From Candidatus Poribacteria bacterium (GTDB taxonomy: Bacteria; Poribacteria; WGA-4E; WGA-3G): 64,000 nucleotides of DNA. Under the pieces are notes generated by a model. That model was not told the DNA's origin. It ran no database searches and worked only from the letters and a program-made list of their open reading frames with translations. The translations under genes and the position numbers were made by a program. The DNA lies in assembly GCA_963668035.1 (NCBI GenBank), contig OY764073.1, positions 66,930 to 130,929 on the forward strand, given 5' to 3'. Shown here piece after piece: positions 46,629-56,885 of the stretch (position 1 is its first letter; each line of letters starts with the position of its first letter).

Positions 46629-47456
46629 TTAGGTGTCTTCTACTTTTTTCAACAATTCTGCTATCCGTGTAGCAAAACGGAACGCGCTGTTGTCCTCTGG
46701 CGCGTAACCTATTACCTTCCGTGCGTTAGTGATACTCCAGAACTTATGTGAATTATCGCTGATACCGTAGAAGATTTGGAACGGAATCCCGTTTTCGTCC
46801 GCTATATTTTCTGTCTCAATACTCTTGACGAAGAGTTGAACTTGATCGCGAACACTTAAATATGCGCCGAGGGCGCGGTGCATCTTCTGATAATTATCCG
46901 CTGTGACATCGTCCATATCTGTTTCTCGCGGGGCACCGATACGGATCTGCACATTTTGCAGCTTTTTATTTTTTCTGAACCCACTTGCAAAGACAAAACC
47001 GAGATGCTCGTAAGCCTCTTTTGCCCACCCGTAGAAGTTATCCGACAATGGACGCGTCTCTGGTGTCACAAAATCCCATTTGCCTGCCCAGATAAGGTTT
47101 TCATAATAATCCGCTGCGTGATTGGAACTACAGACGACAACGCGTCGGACATCCGTTTCCCAACAGGTGTGATAGATGTTGTATGCCATCTGAATATTGG
47201 CAAGTTCGTCCTCAAAACCGCCACCTTTGAAAGCACAGTGAACAACTGCGTCAACACCTTCAAAATAGTGGCGATAGAGCTCGCGATCAGGGTTGCTAAC
47301 ATCAACGATGTGAATATCTTCGACCGCTTCGCCTTGCCGATTTGTGGTTCTCACGTCCAACAAGACGAGTTCATAGCGTTCGCGAAACTCTGGAAGCATC
47401 CGTCCGGCGACATAACCCGATGCTCCGGTGATAAGGACTTTTCTACGGTTTTTCAT
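46629..47456 (-). CDS. NAD(P)-dependent epimerase/dehydratase (SDR family)
   Basis: TGASGYVAG Rossmann motif. 275 aa. Confidence 0.75.
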   Translation of the reverse strand: MKNRRKVLITGASGYVAGRMLPEFRERYELVLLDVRTTNRQGEAVEDIHIVDVSNPDRELYRHYFEGVDAVVHCAFKGGGFEDELANIQMAYNIYHTCWETDVRRVVVCSSNHAADYYENLIWAGKWDFVTPETRPLSDNFYGWAKEAYEHLGFVFASGFRKNKKLQNVQIRIGAPRETDMDDVTADNYQKMHRALGAYLSVRDQVQLFVKSIETENIADENGIPFQIFYGISDNSHKFWSITNARKVIGYAPEDNSAFRFATRIAELLKKVEDT

Positions 47457-47600
47457 GGGGTAAACCTCTATTTTTGATCGGATAATTTTCTCTCTACCTC
47501 TTGTATCAATCTATCAAATAATTGACTTGAAACAGGTCTATTTAACGCGATGGCAAACAATCCGTGGTGCGTCGTTTGAAACCGAGATTCACGATCAGTC

Positions 47601-48776
47601 TCATTCCTGAAAACCTCGATCAACTTCCAGCATAAATTCTTTATCAGTATACAAAGTGTAGATGAAAGGTGAATGCGTTGCAATAAAAAACTGATTTCCA
47701 GTGCTTTGATCAAGGAGAGTCGGTAGAAGGAGTCTTTCCCAATCGATGTGCAAGCTTAATTCCGGTTCATCAATAAAAATAGCCGTGTTGTCATTAAAGG
47801 CGTTGTAGCATAAAAAACTGAGCATCTGCTTCTCGCCAGCGGAAAGTTTGTTAGAGGAGATAGCATCCTTTGCTTCCCCAACCGTAACGCCGTCTTTTCC
47901 TTCACCCAAGGTAATCCCACCTGTTTTTTCACCACGGATCACACGTCCAGGAATACGAATCGCGTCATATCGTAGAATCTTCCGAGACAGCTCAGATAAC
48001 ACAGAAAAGGGTTTACTCAACTGTTCTCGTTCTTCATTAACTTTCTGAATGGCATTCAGAACAGCTGAAGAATCCTGAGGTATCTCAGAAGCTTTGTCCT
48101 TATCTGGATTTTTTTGTATCTCTTTTGAAATGTTTTCTAATACCTGTGCCTGACGTGTGCTGATTTCTTCATAAATATCGGCATATTTCTGTATGAGCAG
48201 TTCACCGAGATCCTCTGTTGAGATCGAAGCGATGAACTTGTGTCCATTGATTGATGCCTCATCAGAAAATCTTGACATTGAAGCTTGAAGCATTTCTGGC
48301 GTGGAAGCGAGCAACCGCGTCGCTGAATCGTCGGTGTTTGTGGGGATTTTTGAAAAACCGCCTTCAATTCTTCTAAAGGTAGGGAAGAATAGACTCTGAT
48401 CGGTCATTCGCGCAATCTGCTTTTCAAGTGCTTTTACTCTGTCCACATCTGCCCGGCTGACCCTTCCGGTTTCTGCATCTATGGCAATAGGGTTGCTCGT
48501 GTCTTCTTCTTTACCGAATCTGTAAAAAAATATAATTAGGTCGGGTTCATCGCGTTCCATAGTGAAATCAAACAGATCCGTTTGAATTGAAATCGTACGA
48601 AACGGAATTTCAATAAGGATTTGCTGTAGGTGTCCGCTGATGAGATACCATATTAGTTTCAGTAGAGTCGTTTTACATGAACCGTTTGGACCGGTGAAAA
48701 TATTCAGATCCTCATGGAATTCAAATTCACCACTCAGCCGATGATTAAGTTCCTCAACTTTAAGATTTTGGATCAT
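47601..48776 (-). CDS. AAA_21/AAA_15-type ABC ATPase (mini-SMC/RecF-like) lacking a transmembrane or nuclease domain
   Basis: Walker A GPNGSCKTT. A ~200-aa helical insert. LSAGEKQMLSFL signature. Walker B IFIDEPELSLH. H-loop ATHS. The ATG sits 3 nt after the stop of the upstream 560-aa ORF. Confidence 0.75.
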   Translation of the reverse strand: MIQNLKVEELNHRLSGEFEFHEDLNIFTGPNGSCKTTLLKLIWYLISGHLQQILIEIPFRTISIQTDLFDFTMERDEPDLIIFFYRFGKEEDTSNPIAIDAETGRVSRADVDRVKALEKQIARMTDQSLFFPTFRRIEGGFSKIPTNTDDSATRLLASTPEMLQASMSRFSDEASINGHKFIASISTEDLGELLIQKYADIYEEISTRQAQVLENISKEIQKNPDKDKASEIPQDSSAVLNAIQKVNEEREQLSKPFSVLSELSRKILRYDAIRIPGRVIRGEKTGGITLGEGKDGVTVGEAKDAISSNKLSAGEKQMLSFLCYNAFNDNTAIFIDEPELSLHIDWERLLLPTLLDQSTGNQFFIATHSPFIYTLYTDKEFMLEVDRGFQE

Positions 48777-48779
48777 GCT

Positions 48780-50462
48780 TCAGCTCCTTATTTCCAGTTT
48801 TTCTTTGCAATAACGGGCAAGCGTTTTCATCTCTGAGAGGATCTGTGCCTCGGTTTTAATCAGATGACTAAAGAGCGGCGGTATCGGTTGCCTATTAAAA
48901 ACTCTGTCAAAAAAACTGCGCTGTGCGGCTGTGGGTATCCCGAAGTGTGAATTGTCGGTGCGGGACGGGTCTATTCCTAAGTATTCAATGGAGAGATAGT
49001 GCGCGACCGCTTCCTCTGTGATGTTCCCTTCATGGATACTGCCCGTATTTCTGCGTCCATAATTCACAGCATAACCTCTACCGCTCTTATGGCTAAGCAC
49101 AGTGTAACCACCCGCATCAACGGTTTCGTTCCAACACTTCTCAAAGCCGTTCTTCGGGAGACGTTCGCGGAGTTCTTCGGCAGAACGCACCACAAATCTG
49201 TTCTGATGCGGCGTTTTGATAATCAGAAAACCTTCATCTTGCGCCGCTGATGGCGATTGTCCTGTGAGTAAGTCAACGGAATCCAGGGTCCAGATGGTCC
49301 CGTCTCGGATACCCTTCGCCATGTTATGATGTCTCTCAACGAATTCACTATTCAACGGATGCAGGCGATAAGTGCCGTTTCCGTTAAATATTTCCCGCAA
49401 TTTTCGGCGGTGTTCTATCACGGAGAACCGCTTATTAGGAATACGGATCTCCAAGCGCAGTGTATATCCGGTCTGTAAATCGGTTGTAAGGTTCAGTTGT
49501 GATTGACGGAGTTCGGCTAAGCGAGTCAAGGCAGTTTGGCTTTTAGATAAGACGCGTCCGATGAGATATTCGCGGCGAAGCGTTGGAATTTCTCTCGCGA
49601 GGCGTTCAAGCGTTGGCGCATCGAGTTGCTCCAACATGATCTTATGTTCCCATCGTGTCCCGCGTTCATGTATTAGAATTTGGAACTGCTGCATATCACC
49701 ATCAGTTCGGATGTAACCGAGTGAGGTCCACGGGTCAAACGTTGCGCGATAGTTACCGCTGGTTTCCGCATCGCCATTCGCCAAGACACAATCCCGGCGT
49801 TCATATCGGGAGTAGAGCCCGAATTGAAATTCAAAGTCTTCGTAGGGAGACAACGCCTCCCGCAAATCGCGTGCGAACTCACTGCCGCGTGCAAACTGTT
49901 TAAAAATTTGCTCAGTGCGTTGTGGCTGATTCAAGGCATCAAGAAACGTTCCAATCCGAATACCGCCTTCTTCCACGCCTTCATCTTCGCTTTTTCCGAA
50001 AACCTTGGTTTTGGTTTTGAAAGGTGGATTGCGGAGCGATACATCGCGTTGTGAGACCAGCTGCAATGCGATGTCATCTGCTATGTCTTTGAGGGCAGGG
50101 GCATCCCCAAGGATTTCCGCGAGTTTGACATCGTCAATTTTTTCTGTCAAATCAATCCCACGTTTCAGTTCCGCGAAATGGATGATGTCGTCAAAACTGT
50201 ACTGCAGAGGTGCACTCGAAGAGAGGTTATCATAGTTAGAACGATGGAAGCGGATCCGTGGCTTGATGCGAAAGACGGGTGTGAGTCCGTAATCTTTCAG
50301 CAAAACGTATAGTGTGACAGTATAAGAATCGGCGTGGACCTTCTGTGCCAGAATACCCTCCGGTTTCGCGTCGCCTTCCACGATTAACCGTTCCTGGACG
50401 AGACGGCTGTCGTTGCCGAAAATCATCATTCGATGTTCTTCTCTGTTATCATCAACTAACAT
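48780..50462 (-). CDS. Unknown-function protein (560 aa), first gene of a two-gene operon with the ABC ATPase
   Basis: Long uninterrupted ORF. No motif I can assign: no P-loop, HNH, YxDD or obvious PD-(D/E)xK. Confidence 0.6.
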   Translation of the reverse strand: MLVDDNREEHRMMIFGNDSRLVQERLIVEGDAKPEGILAQKVHADSYTVTLYVLLKDYGLTPVFRIKPRIRFHRSNYDNLSSSAPLQYSFDDIIHFAELKRGIDLTEKIDDVKLAEILGDAPALKDIADDIALQLVSQRDVSLRNPPFKTKTKVFGKSEDEGVEEGGIRIGTFLDALNQPQRTEQIFKQFARGSEFARDLREALSPYEDFEFQFGLYSRYERRDCVLANGDAETSGNYRATFDPWTSLGYIRTDGDMQQFQILIHERGTRWEHKIMLEQLDAPTLERLAREIPTLRREYLIGRVLSKSQTALTRLAELRQSQLNLTTDLQTGYTLRLEIRIPNKRFSVIEHRRKLREIFNGNGTYRLHPLNSEFVERHHNMAKGIRDGTIWTLDSVDLLTGQSPSAAQDEGFLIIKTPHQNRFVVRSAEELRERLPKNGFEKCWNETVDAGGYTVLSHKSGRGYAVNYGRRNTGSIHEGNITEEAVAHYLSIEYLGIDPSRTDNSHFGIPTAAQRSFFDRVFNRQPIPPLFSHLIKTEAQILSEMKTLARYCKEKLEIRS

Positions 50463-50514
50463 TTTTTCATTTACCTTGCGGTTAAGTTTCGCAGGTTAAA
50501 AGTTTCATATCTAT

Positions 50515-51516
50515 CTATCCTGAGCCGCCTTCCATTTCATTTGCAGAGGCAGAATATCGTTGCCGTGCCAGTGCTGCTGCGCCAAGAATACCGGAATTAT
50601 CGCCGAGTTTCGCTGGCACGATCTGTACCCCGTCTAATGTATTGGGGAGTGCGTATTTTTCTGCAGCGGCGCGGATATTGTCTAAAAATGTATCGTCGAG
50701 TGCCTCAACGACACCGCCGCCTAAAACGATCATCTCAGGATTCAAGAAATTCACGATGGAGCCGATGCCGATACCGAGATATTTCGTCGCCTTTTTGATA
50801 ATTTTCAGGGTGAGCTTATCTTTTGACCGAATCGCCTTCGCCAAAACGCCGCTCCGAATAGTGCTCAAGTCGCCATCGGTGAGTTTGGCGATCACACTCT
50901 TCTTTCCGCGTTTCAGGATTGCCTTCTGAAATTGCTTTGCCATAGCGGTTCGGCTTGCGACTGCCTCTAAACAGCCCCGCGTGCCGCATCCGCATTTCGG
51001 GCCACCGGCTTTGACGATGATATGTCCAATTTCGCCAGCTGTCTTGCTCGCGCCGTGGAACAGCTCGCCTTGCAGAATAATACCGCCCCCAATGCCGGTG
51101 CCTACAAAAATCCCGACCACATTTTGGACCCCTTTTCCCGCACCGAACACGTGTTCGCCGAGTGTTCCGATGTTCACATCGTTGTCAACGAACGTCGGGA
51201 TACCGACGCGTGCTTCAAGTTCAGTTTTCAGTGGAACATCCCGCCACCCGAGGTTCGGCGCGAAAATAACAATGCCAGTCTCCGGATCCAGCGGGCCCGG
51301 GGCACCGATGCCGACTGCCTGAATTGATGTGTTATCAACGCCGGACTTGTCAACAGCCTTTTGGATACTATCGGCAATCCGATCAATCACAGCCGATGTC
51401 CCGGCATCCGCCTTCGTTGGAACTTTGGCTGTCCCTAAAATATTGCCTTCAGCGTCTATGACAGCGGACAGAATCTTGGTGCCGCCCATATCAACACCGA
51501 TAACATTAGTGCTCAT
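50515..51516 (-). CDS. ROK-family glucokinase (possibly polyphosphate/ATP-dependent)
   Basis: IGVDMGGTK N-terminal ATPase motif. ROK zinc motif CGCGTRGCLE. The ATG at 51516 has GGGAG upstream. Confidence 0.8.
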   Translation of the reverse strand: MSTNVIGVDMGGTKILSAVIDAEGNILGTAKVPTKADAGTSAVIDRIADSIQKAVDKSGVDNTSIQAVGIGAPGPLDPETGIVIFAPNLGWRDVPLKTELEARVGIPTFVDNDVNIGTLGEHVFGAGKGVQNVVGIFVGTGIGGGIILQGELFHGASKTAGEIGHIIVKAGGPKCGCGTRGCLEAVASRTAMAKQFQKAILKRGKKSVIAKLTDGDLSTIRSGVLAKAIRSKDKLTLKIIKKATKYLGIGIGSIVNFLNPEMIVLGGGVVEALDDTFLDNIRAAAEKYALPNTLDGVQIVPAKLGDNSGILGAAALARQRYSASANEMEGGSG

Positions 51517-51576
51517 CGCGATTATCTCCCATACGCACGTTTTCAACGTGTTTTTTACAATATATAATTGAGTTGG

Positions 51577-52071
51577 TTATGAGGTCAAAAATGACAATAA
51601 TTTCTGTTTGAAATCTATTGCTGATAAGTGTTCCCATTTTTCCAAAAATGTTTTATAATCCACGTTTCGGGTTTCTCTTGCCTGAGCAATGAGCTTAGCG
51701 ATACCTGGTACCACAACTCCCTGCTCCGGTTGCGCCCCATAATCGGTTAGAACTGCTAAGACGACATCGCAGTCGTGGATATCACCGAGTATTTCTTGTA
51801 GGTCAACAATCACTTCAAGGAATTCCGTAAAACGTGCAGCTTCTCTGGCATGCATTTTTGGGGACCCGTAAGCGACCCGAAAAAGTTCCATCGTATACCG
51901 GAGGCGTTTAATCGAGATCCGCATATTATGGAGCTCTTCACGTTTCGCTGCGTCCCGAATAAACGGTTCCCATGTGTAGACCTCTTCAACCTTCTGCGGA
52001 AGAATAATGCGTGCGTTTTCGCGATAGCTGCGCAACGGCTGAACACCGGTAATTTTATGTGCTTTTGCCAT
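51577..52071 (-). CDS. CHAD-domain protein, C-terminal half
   Basis: HNMRISIKRLRYTMELF (CHAD conserved His/Arg helix). Confidence 0.55.
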   Translation of the reverse strand: MAKAHKITGVQPLRSYRENARIILPQKVEEVYTWEPFIRDAAKREELHNMRISIKRLRYTMELFRVAYGSPKMHAREAARFTEFLEVIVDLQEILGDIHDCDVVLAVLTDYGAQPEQGVVVPGIAKLIAQARETRNVDYKTFLEKWEHLSAIDFKQKLLSFLTS

Positions 52072-52084
52072 TTTTTAATAGACC

Positions 52085-52567
52085 TTACGCGTATTCGCCA
52101 TGCTCCTTAAAGAATGTCAAGAACTTTCTCTCAAAATCGGTCTCTTCAAGTTTCGCAAAGAGCGTTAGCATCGGTTTTCGAACGGCTTCGCGTTGCTGCT
52201 GTAGGTGTTCTATTAACCTACGGATATCTGCTTGTTCATCTGCAGATAAAGTGCCTAATTCTTCTTCAAACCGAGCGATAAGCACATCCAAATCACGTAC
52301 AGCTCCCAACGTTCGCGTTATAGATTTTACCCTTTTGTAGTGTTTATTAAACGCCTTCTTAGGAAAACAGTCAACAAAATTGTCCATTGCGGTGCGTAAA
52401 CGTCGCGAGGTAACGCGCATCTCGTGAACAAATTCAATATCACACCCCGCTTTGGCACCGTCTTTATAGGACATCATTTGCTGAAAATAGTTGACGATGA
52501 TCTGCCGCGCGCAAACTTCAAGCGTTTCGTCAGGTGAGATTCTGCTGATTCTCGGTGCTGTAGTCAT
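52085..52567 (-). CDS. CHAD-domain protein, N-terminal half
   Basis: HEMRVTSRRLRTAMDNF. Ends 13 nt before the next ATG, in a different frame. Together the two ORFs span one typical CHAD domain. The track start is GTG. The ATG at 52567 has GGGAG upstream. Confidence 0.55.
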   Translation of the reverse strand: MTTAPRISRISPDETLEVCARQIIVNYFQQMMSYKDGAKAGCDIEFVHEMRVTSRRLRTAMDNFVDCFPKKAFNKHYKRVKSITRTLGAVRDLDVLIARFEEELGTLSADEQADIRRLIEHLQQQREAVRKPMLTLFAKLEETDFERKFLTFFKEHGEYA

Positions 52568-52685
52568 TGTGCTATGCTCCCACACATTCTGATAGTCTGT
52601 CACATCTAAACTGATAGGCGGTTCAAGGCGATGAATCGCCTTACTACGAACCGGGTTTACCGCTCATTTGAAAGTTGACAGAACG

Positions 52686-53771
52686 TTAGGATTTTGCACG
52701 TTGGCGGAGCAGATGATCTGTGAGAACAAGTGCCGCCATCGCCTCTACAATCGCAGGCGCGCGCACTAACACACACGGATCATGTCGTCCGCTTGCTGCT
52801 AACGTTACCGCGTTTCCATCCATATCAACCGTCTCTTGCGGCTTGCCAATCGTTGCTGTCGGTTTGAATGCGACCTGGAACACAATATTTTCGCCGTTTG
52901 AAATACCGCCTTGTGTGCCGCCGGAACGGTTCGTGCGGGTACGAATGTGTTCTCCTGTGTCGTTTTTTTGGATATAAAAAGGGTCGTTGTGTTCGGAGCC
53001 TGTCATCGTGGTCCCGTCAAACCCGGATCCGATTTGGAAACCCATTGTTGCGGGAAGCGACATCATCGCTTTTGCCAAATCTGCCTTGAGTTTATCGAAA
53101 ACCGGTTCGCCGAGTCCGATGGGAACGTTCCGCGCTACAGACTCTATGATACCACCGAGAGAATCCCGATCGCGCCGTGCTTGATCGATGCGTTCCGCCA
53201 TTTTTGGACTCACAATCGGGTCAGGACACCGCACCGGACTCTCTTCTATCTGTTCGAGCGTCACTGTGTTTGTATCTATTGAGGCTTCTAATGTATGAAT
53301 CTGTTTGACATAAGCGAGCGTCTCAGTTTCGGCGTGCTCACGCAAAATCTGCTTCGCAATCGCACCCGCGGCGACGCGACCGATCGTTTCCCGCGCGCTC
53401 GCTCTGCCCCCACCCTGCCAGTTTCGGATACCGTACTTCTGTTGATACGTGAAATCTGCGTGTGAGGGGCGGTAGAGGTCTTTCAGGTGGTCGTAAGCCG
53501 AAGGCCGCGCATCCTTATTCCATACCAACATGGAGATAGGCGTTCCGAGCGTTTTGCCTTCAAAGACCCCAGAAAGTATTTCGACTTCATCGCCTTCTTG
53601 ACGCTGGGTCGTGAGACGGCTTTGCCCCGGCTTCCGCCGGTCGAGTTCAAATTGTATCGCGGATTTATCTAGGGCGATCTGCGACGGACAGCCGTCAACC
53701 ACAACGCCGACGGCACCACCGTGTGATTCGCCCCAGGTCGTAATCCGAAAAAGATGACCGAACGTGTTCAT
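52686..53771 (-). CDS. aroC: Chorismate synthase
   Basis: GESHG N-terminal motif. Full-length AroC pattern. Confidence 0.92.
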   Translation of the reverse strand: MNTFGHLFRITTWGESHGGAVGVVVDGCPSQIALDKSAIQFELDRRKPGQSRLTTQRQEGDEVEILSGVFEGKTLGTPISMLVWNKDARPSAYDHLKDLYRPSHADFTYQQKYGIRNWQGGGRASARETIGRVAAGAIAKQILREHAETETLAYVKQIHTLEASIDTNTVTLEQIEESPVRCPDPIVSPKMAERIDQARRDRDSLGGIIESVARNVPIGLGEPVFDKLKADLAKAMMSLPATMGFQIGSGFDGTTMTGSEHNDPFYIQKNDTGEHIRTRTNRSGGTQGGISNGENIVFQVAFKPTATIGKPQETVDMDGNAVTLAASGRHDPCVLVRAPAIVEAMAALVLTDHLLRQRAKS

Positions 53772-53891
53772 TTTTACTTACATAGGCACTTTGAAAGCGT
53801 GCCATTTTGCTTTTAGGATTGGACATTTTAGACATCTTATGATATACTATAGCAGATTCTATCCTAAAATACAAACAATTTAAGGGGACTT

Positions 53892-54584
53892 ATGGTAGCA
53901 CTTTTTAAACGTTATATCGCCCTGCTTCTGATTTTTATAGGTATTGTATTTTTGTGGAATACACTGTTTGTGTATCCGCTCAAAATCTTCGTCGTGTTCA
54001 TGCATGAAGTGAGTCACGGGCTTGCCGCAATCGTGACCGGCGGCAGGATCGTCGAGATTCAAATTAACCCGCAGCAGGGTGGACATGCGATTACACAAGG
54101 CGGTTCACGGTTCTGGACGTTGACTGCAGGTTATCTCGGCAGCTTACTCTGGGGCGGGCTTATCCTGCTGCTCGCAGCGAGGACGCACCTTGATAAGGCG
54201 ATTAGTGTTATTATCGGTTTGGGCATGGTGGCGATCACTATTGGCTTCGGTGAAAGCGCATTTACCTATCTGTTCGGTATAGGTTTCGGGGTCGTGTTGC
54301 TCGCTATCGGGTTTTTTCTCCCAGAACCTGTCAACGATTGGGTCTTACGTGTCATCGGCGTAACGAGCTGCCTTTACGCGATCCTTGACATCAAGAGCGA
54401 TGTCCTTGACAGATCGCATCTGCGTTCAGATGCACGGATGCTCTCAGAAGTGACAAATCTTCCAACGGAATTCTGGGGCATCCTCTGGATTCTCATCGCA
54501 ATCGGTCTCACGGTATGGTTTCTCTATCTTGCAGGTAAACCTATCACGACTGACCAATCAACCGCAACTGAAGAAAATCTCTAA
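53892..54584 (+). CDS. Membrane metalloprotease-like protein (HExxH within TM helices, M50B-like)
   Basis: FMHEVSHGLAA. Six hydrophobic helices. Confidence 0.55.
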   Translation: MVALFKRYIALLLIFIGIVFLWNTLFVYPLKIFVVFMHEVSHGLAAIVTGGRIVEIQINPQQGGHAITQGGSRFWTLTAGYLGSLLWGGLILLLAARTHLDKAISVIIGLGMVAITIGFGESAFTYLFGIGFGVVLLAIGFFLPEPVNDWVLRVIGVTSCLYAILDIKSDVLDRSHLRSDARMLSEVTNLPTEFWGILWILIAIGLTVWFLYLAGKPITTDQSTATEENL

Positions 54585-54608
54585 TTGTGTGCCGACGCTA
54601 ATCCGATA

Positions 54609-54830
54609 TCAACCAAATGGACTAAAGTTTTCAGACGACACGCCACTGAAAAAAAGAAACCATACACAAAGTCCTAACACGAAAAGCGGAACACAGATCA
54701 ACGCGATGAGAATGAAGCATCCCCACACCCATGAACCTTTGGATTTGGCAGCTGTTCCGAGACGTGCGATTAACATGCCGCCACATATCATAATGATAAC
54801 GACGAGACCGAATACTGCTGCTGTCAGCAT
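54609..54830 (-). CDS. Small two-TM membrane protein (PLDc_N-like)
   Basis: 73 aa, two hydrophobic helices. GGAG 12 nt upstream. Divergent from the next gene, with only 33 bp between the two starts. Confidence 0.4.
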   Translation of the reverse strand: MLTAAVFGLVVIIMICGGMLIARLGTAAKSKGSWVWGCFILIALICVPLFVLGLCVWFLFFSGVSSENFSPFG

Positions 54831-54863
54831 GTCCTGCTATCTCCTTTCAAGCGTGTAACTTGC

Positions 54864-56804
54864 ATGAGACACCCTTCAAAAAACTCCATCACCCTACGCG
54901 CAACGCTGATCGGTATCATCCTCATTCCATTCAATAGTTATTGGGTTCTACATCTCAGCTATATCTGGGATTCCAACCGTCCCACGAGTTTGGCGTTGCT
55001 GTTCAATGTATTGTTTACGTTGCTTGTGCTTATCGGACTCGGTGCGATACTCCGGCGTTTGCGTCCAGCATTGGCATTCACGCAGACCGAATTGCTAACG
55101 ATCTATGTGATGCTGTGCCAAGCCTCCGTTTTCGCTGGACGCGATATGTTACAAGTTTTGGTGCCGTTGATGGGCAACGGTTTTTGGTATGCGACGACCG
55201 AAAATGAATGGGCACAACTCTTTCATCAGCATCTCCCGGAATGGCTTGTTGTCGGAAAACAGGAGGTCTTACGTGGGTTCTATGAAGGTGAAAGCACCTT
55301 ATATCTTCAGGCACACATACACGCATGGCTGCTGCCGACGCTGATTTGGGTCAGTTTCTGCCTCGTTATCGGTGCAACAATGCTTTGTCTGAATGTGCTT
55401 TTGCGCAAACAGTGGCAGGAACATGAACGGCTTACCTACCCAATTGCGCAACTCCCTTATGAAATCACACGCGCAGCGTTAAATACAGGCAATCTCCGAA
55501 ACACGCCGAATCTGTTTTTTAATCGGCGAATAATGGTTGTCGGTTTAAGCATTGCTGCTGTCTTAAACCTACTCTATAGTTTACACCAAATTGACCCCGT
55601 TTTTCCAACAATTCCACTTTACCGAGGCTTTAGACTTGCAGAGAAACCGTGGAGTGCAATGAATAACCCCGGCTTCCGTATCAGTTTCTTTCCGTTTGCG
55701 ATCGGCGTAGGTTTCCTAATACCGCTCGATTTGGGGTTCTCTTGCTGGTTTTTCCATCTGTTTTGGCACTTCCAAAGGATTATGGGTGAGAGTTTCGGCT
55801 GGCGAGGGGCTATCGGGTTTCCGAAAGAGATGGCACAAATTCGGGGGGTATGGATGGCACTTTTTCTCTGGACGTTATGGATGGGGCGCGCACATGTCAA
55901 GATCGTACTGCAAACGGTTTTCAGATGGCGGACACCTTCCGCGAATGACGAAGGCGAAGCGTTGCGTTATAGGACAGCAGCAATTGGGGTGATCATCGGT
56001 TTTATCTTGATTCTGGCGTTCTGCATCAAGGCAGGGATGTCTCTCTGGTTCGCGGGTCTGTTTTTCATCCTCTATTTCGCGATGTCGGTGACGATCACCC
56101 GTATCCGTGCCGAACTCGGGCCGCCCGCACACGACCTTTACAATGCCGGTCCTGATCTGCTCCTAACAGATGCCCTCGGTACGCGGCGCATCGGCAATCG
56201 TAACCTTTCGGTGATGTCGCTCTTTTTCTGGTTAAATCACCTCTCTTACCGCGCACACCCGATGCCGCACCAGCTGGAAGGGTTAAAACTCGCGCATCAG
56301 ACGCGTTTTAATCCCTCGCAACTCCTCTGGGTATTAGCAATCGCTATTTTCGTAGGCGCGCTCTCTGCTGCGTGGGGGCACCTGCATCTCTCCTACCAAG
56401 TCGGTTTAGAGCAGGCGCGTTCGTGGTATGCCCGCGCCGCTTTCAACAGGCTCGCGGGCTGGCTCTATAACCCCAGCGAAACGAGTATCAGCGGTATGCT
56501 CTATACTGCTGGCGGATTTGGTTTTGCTATTAGTCTCTTGTTCTTGCGATGGCGGTTCATTCAGTGGCCCCTACATCCTGTCGGATACGTGGTTTCAAGT
56601 TGGTGGACATTTACCGGGCTTTGGTTTCCACTCCTCATCAGCTGGACGATTAAACGGATACTGCTTTCAACAGGCGGTGTCCGGTTATATCGACGTTCAA
56701 TCCCATTTTTCATCGGTTTGGTCATCGGTGATGTGATCGTCGCCTCCGTGATTAGTATTCTGGGACTGATTTTCGATTTTCGTGTGGTCTATCTGAGTTG
56801 GTGA
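54864..56804 (+). CDS. Large polytopic membrane protein of unknown function (about 14 TM)
   Basis: Long ORF with regular hydrophobic segments. No catalytic motif recognised. Confidence 0.6.
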   Translation: MRHPSKNSITLRATLIGIILIPFNSYWVLHLSYIWDSNRPTSLALLFNVLFTLLVLIGLGAILRRLRPALAFTQTELLTIYVMLCQASVFAGRDMLQVLVPLMGNGFWYATTENEWAQLFHQHLPEWLVVGKQEVLRGFYEGESTLYLQAHIHAWLLPTLIWVSFCLVIGATMLCLNVLLRKQWQEHERLTYPIAQLPYEITRAALNTGNLRNTPNLFFNRRIMVVGLSIAAVLNLLYSLHQIDPVFPTIPLYRGFRLAEKPWSAMNNPGFRISFFPFAIGVGFLIPLDLGFSCWFFHLFWHFQRIMGESFGWRGAIGFPKEMAQIRGVWMALFLWTLWMGRAHVKIVLQTVFRWRTPSANDEGEALRYRTAAIGVIIGFILILAFCIKAGMSLWFAGLFFILYFAMSVTITRIRAELGPPAHDLYNAGPDLLLTDALGTRRIGNRNLSVMSLFFWLNHLSYRAHPMPHQLEGLKLAHQTRFNPSQLLWVLAIAIFVGALSAAWGHLHLSYQVGLEQARSWYARAAFNRLAGWLYNPSETSISGMLYTAGGFGFAISLLFLRWRFIQWPLHPVGYVVSSWWTFTGLWFPLLISWTIKRILLSTGGVRLYRRSIPFFIGLVIGDVIVASVISILGLIFDFRVVYLSW

Positions 56805-56885
56805 TACTTTCAACAGGACAATTGAGGACGATCGAAAATAAAAATATAGCCTTGAAATTTCCGCGGAAACTTGTTATTATTATTC

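Noticed and set aside
54864-54866. Concern that the 646-aa membrane-protein start is wrong because it lies only 33 bp from a divergent small gene
   Set aside because: No better in-frame ATG with an RBS exists nearby. Compact divergent arrangements do occur. The call is kept, with reduced confidence in the 73-aa gene instead.
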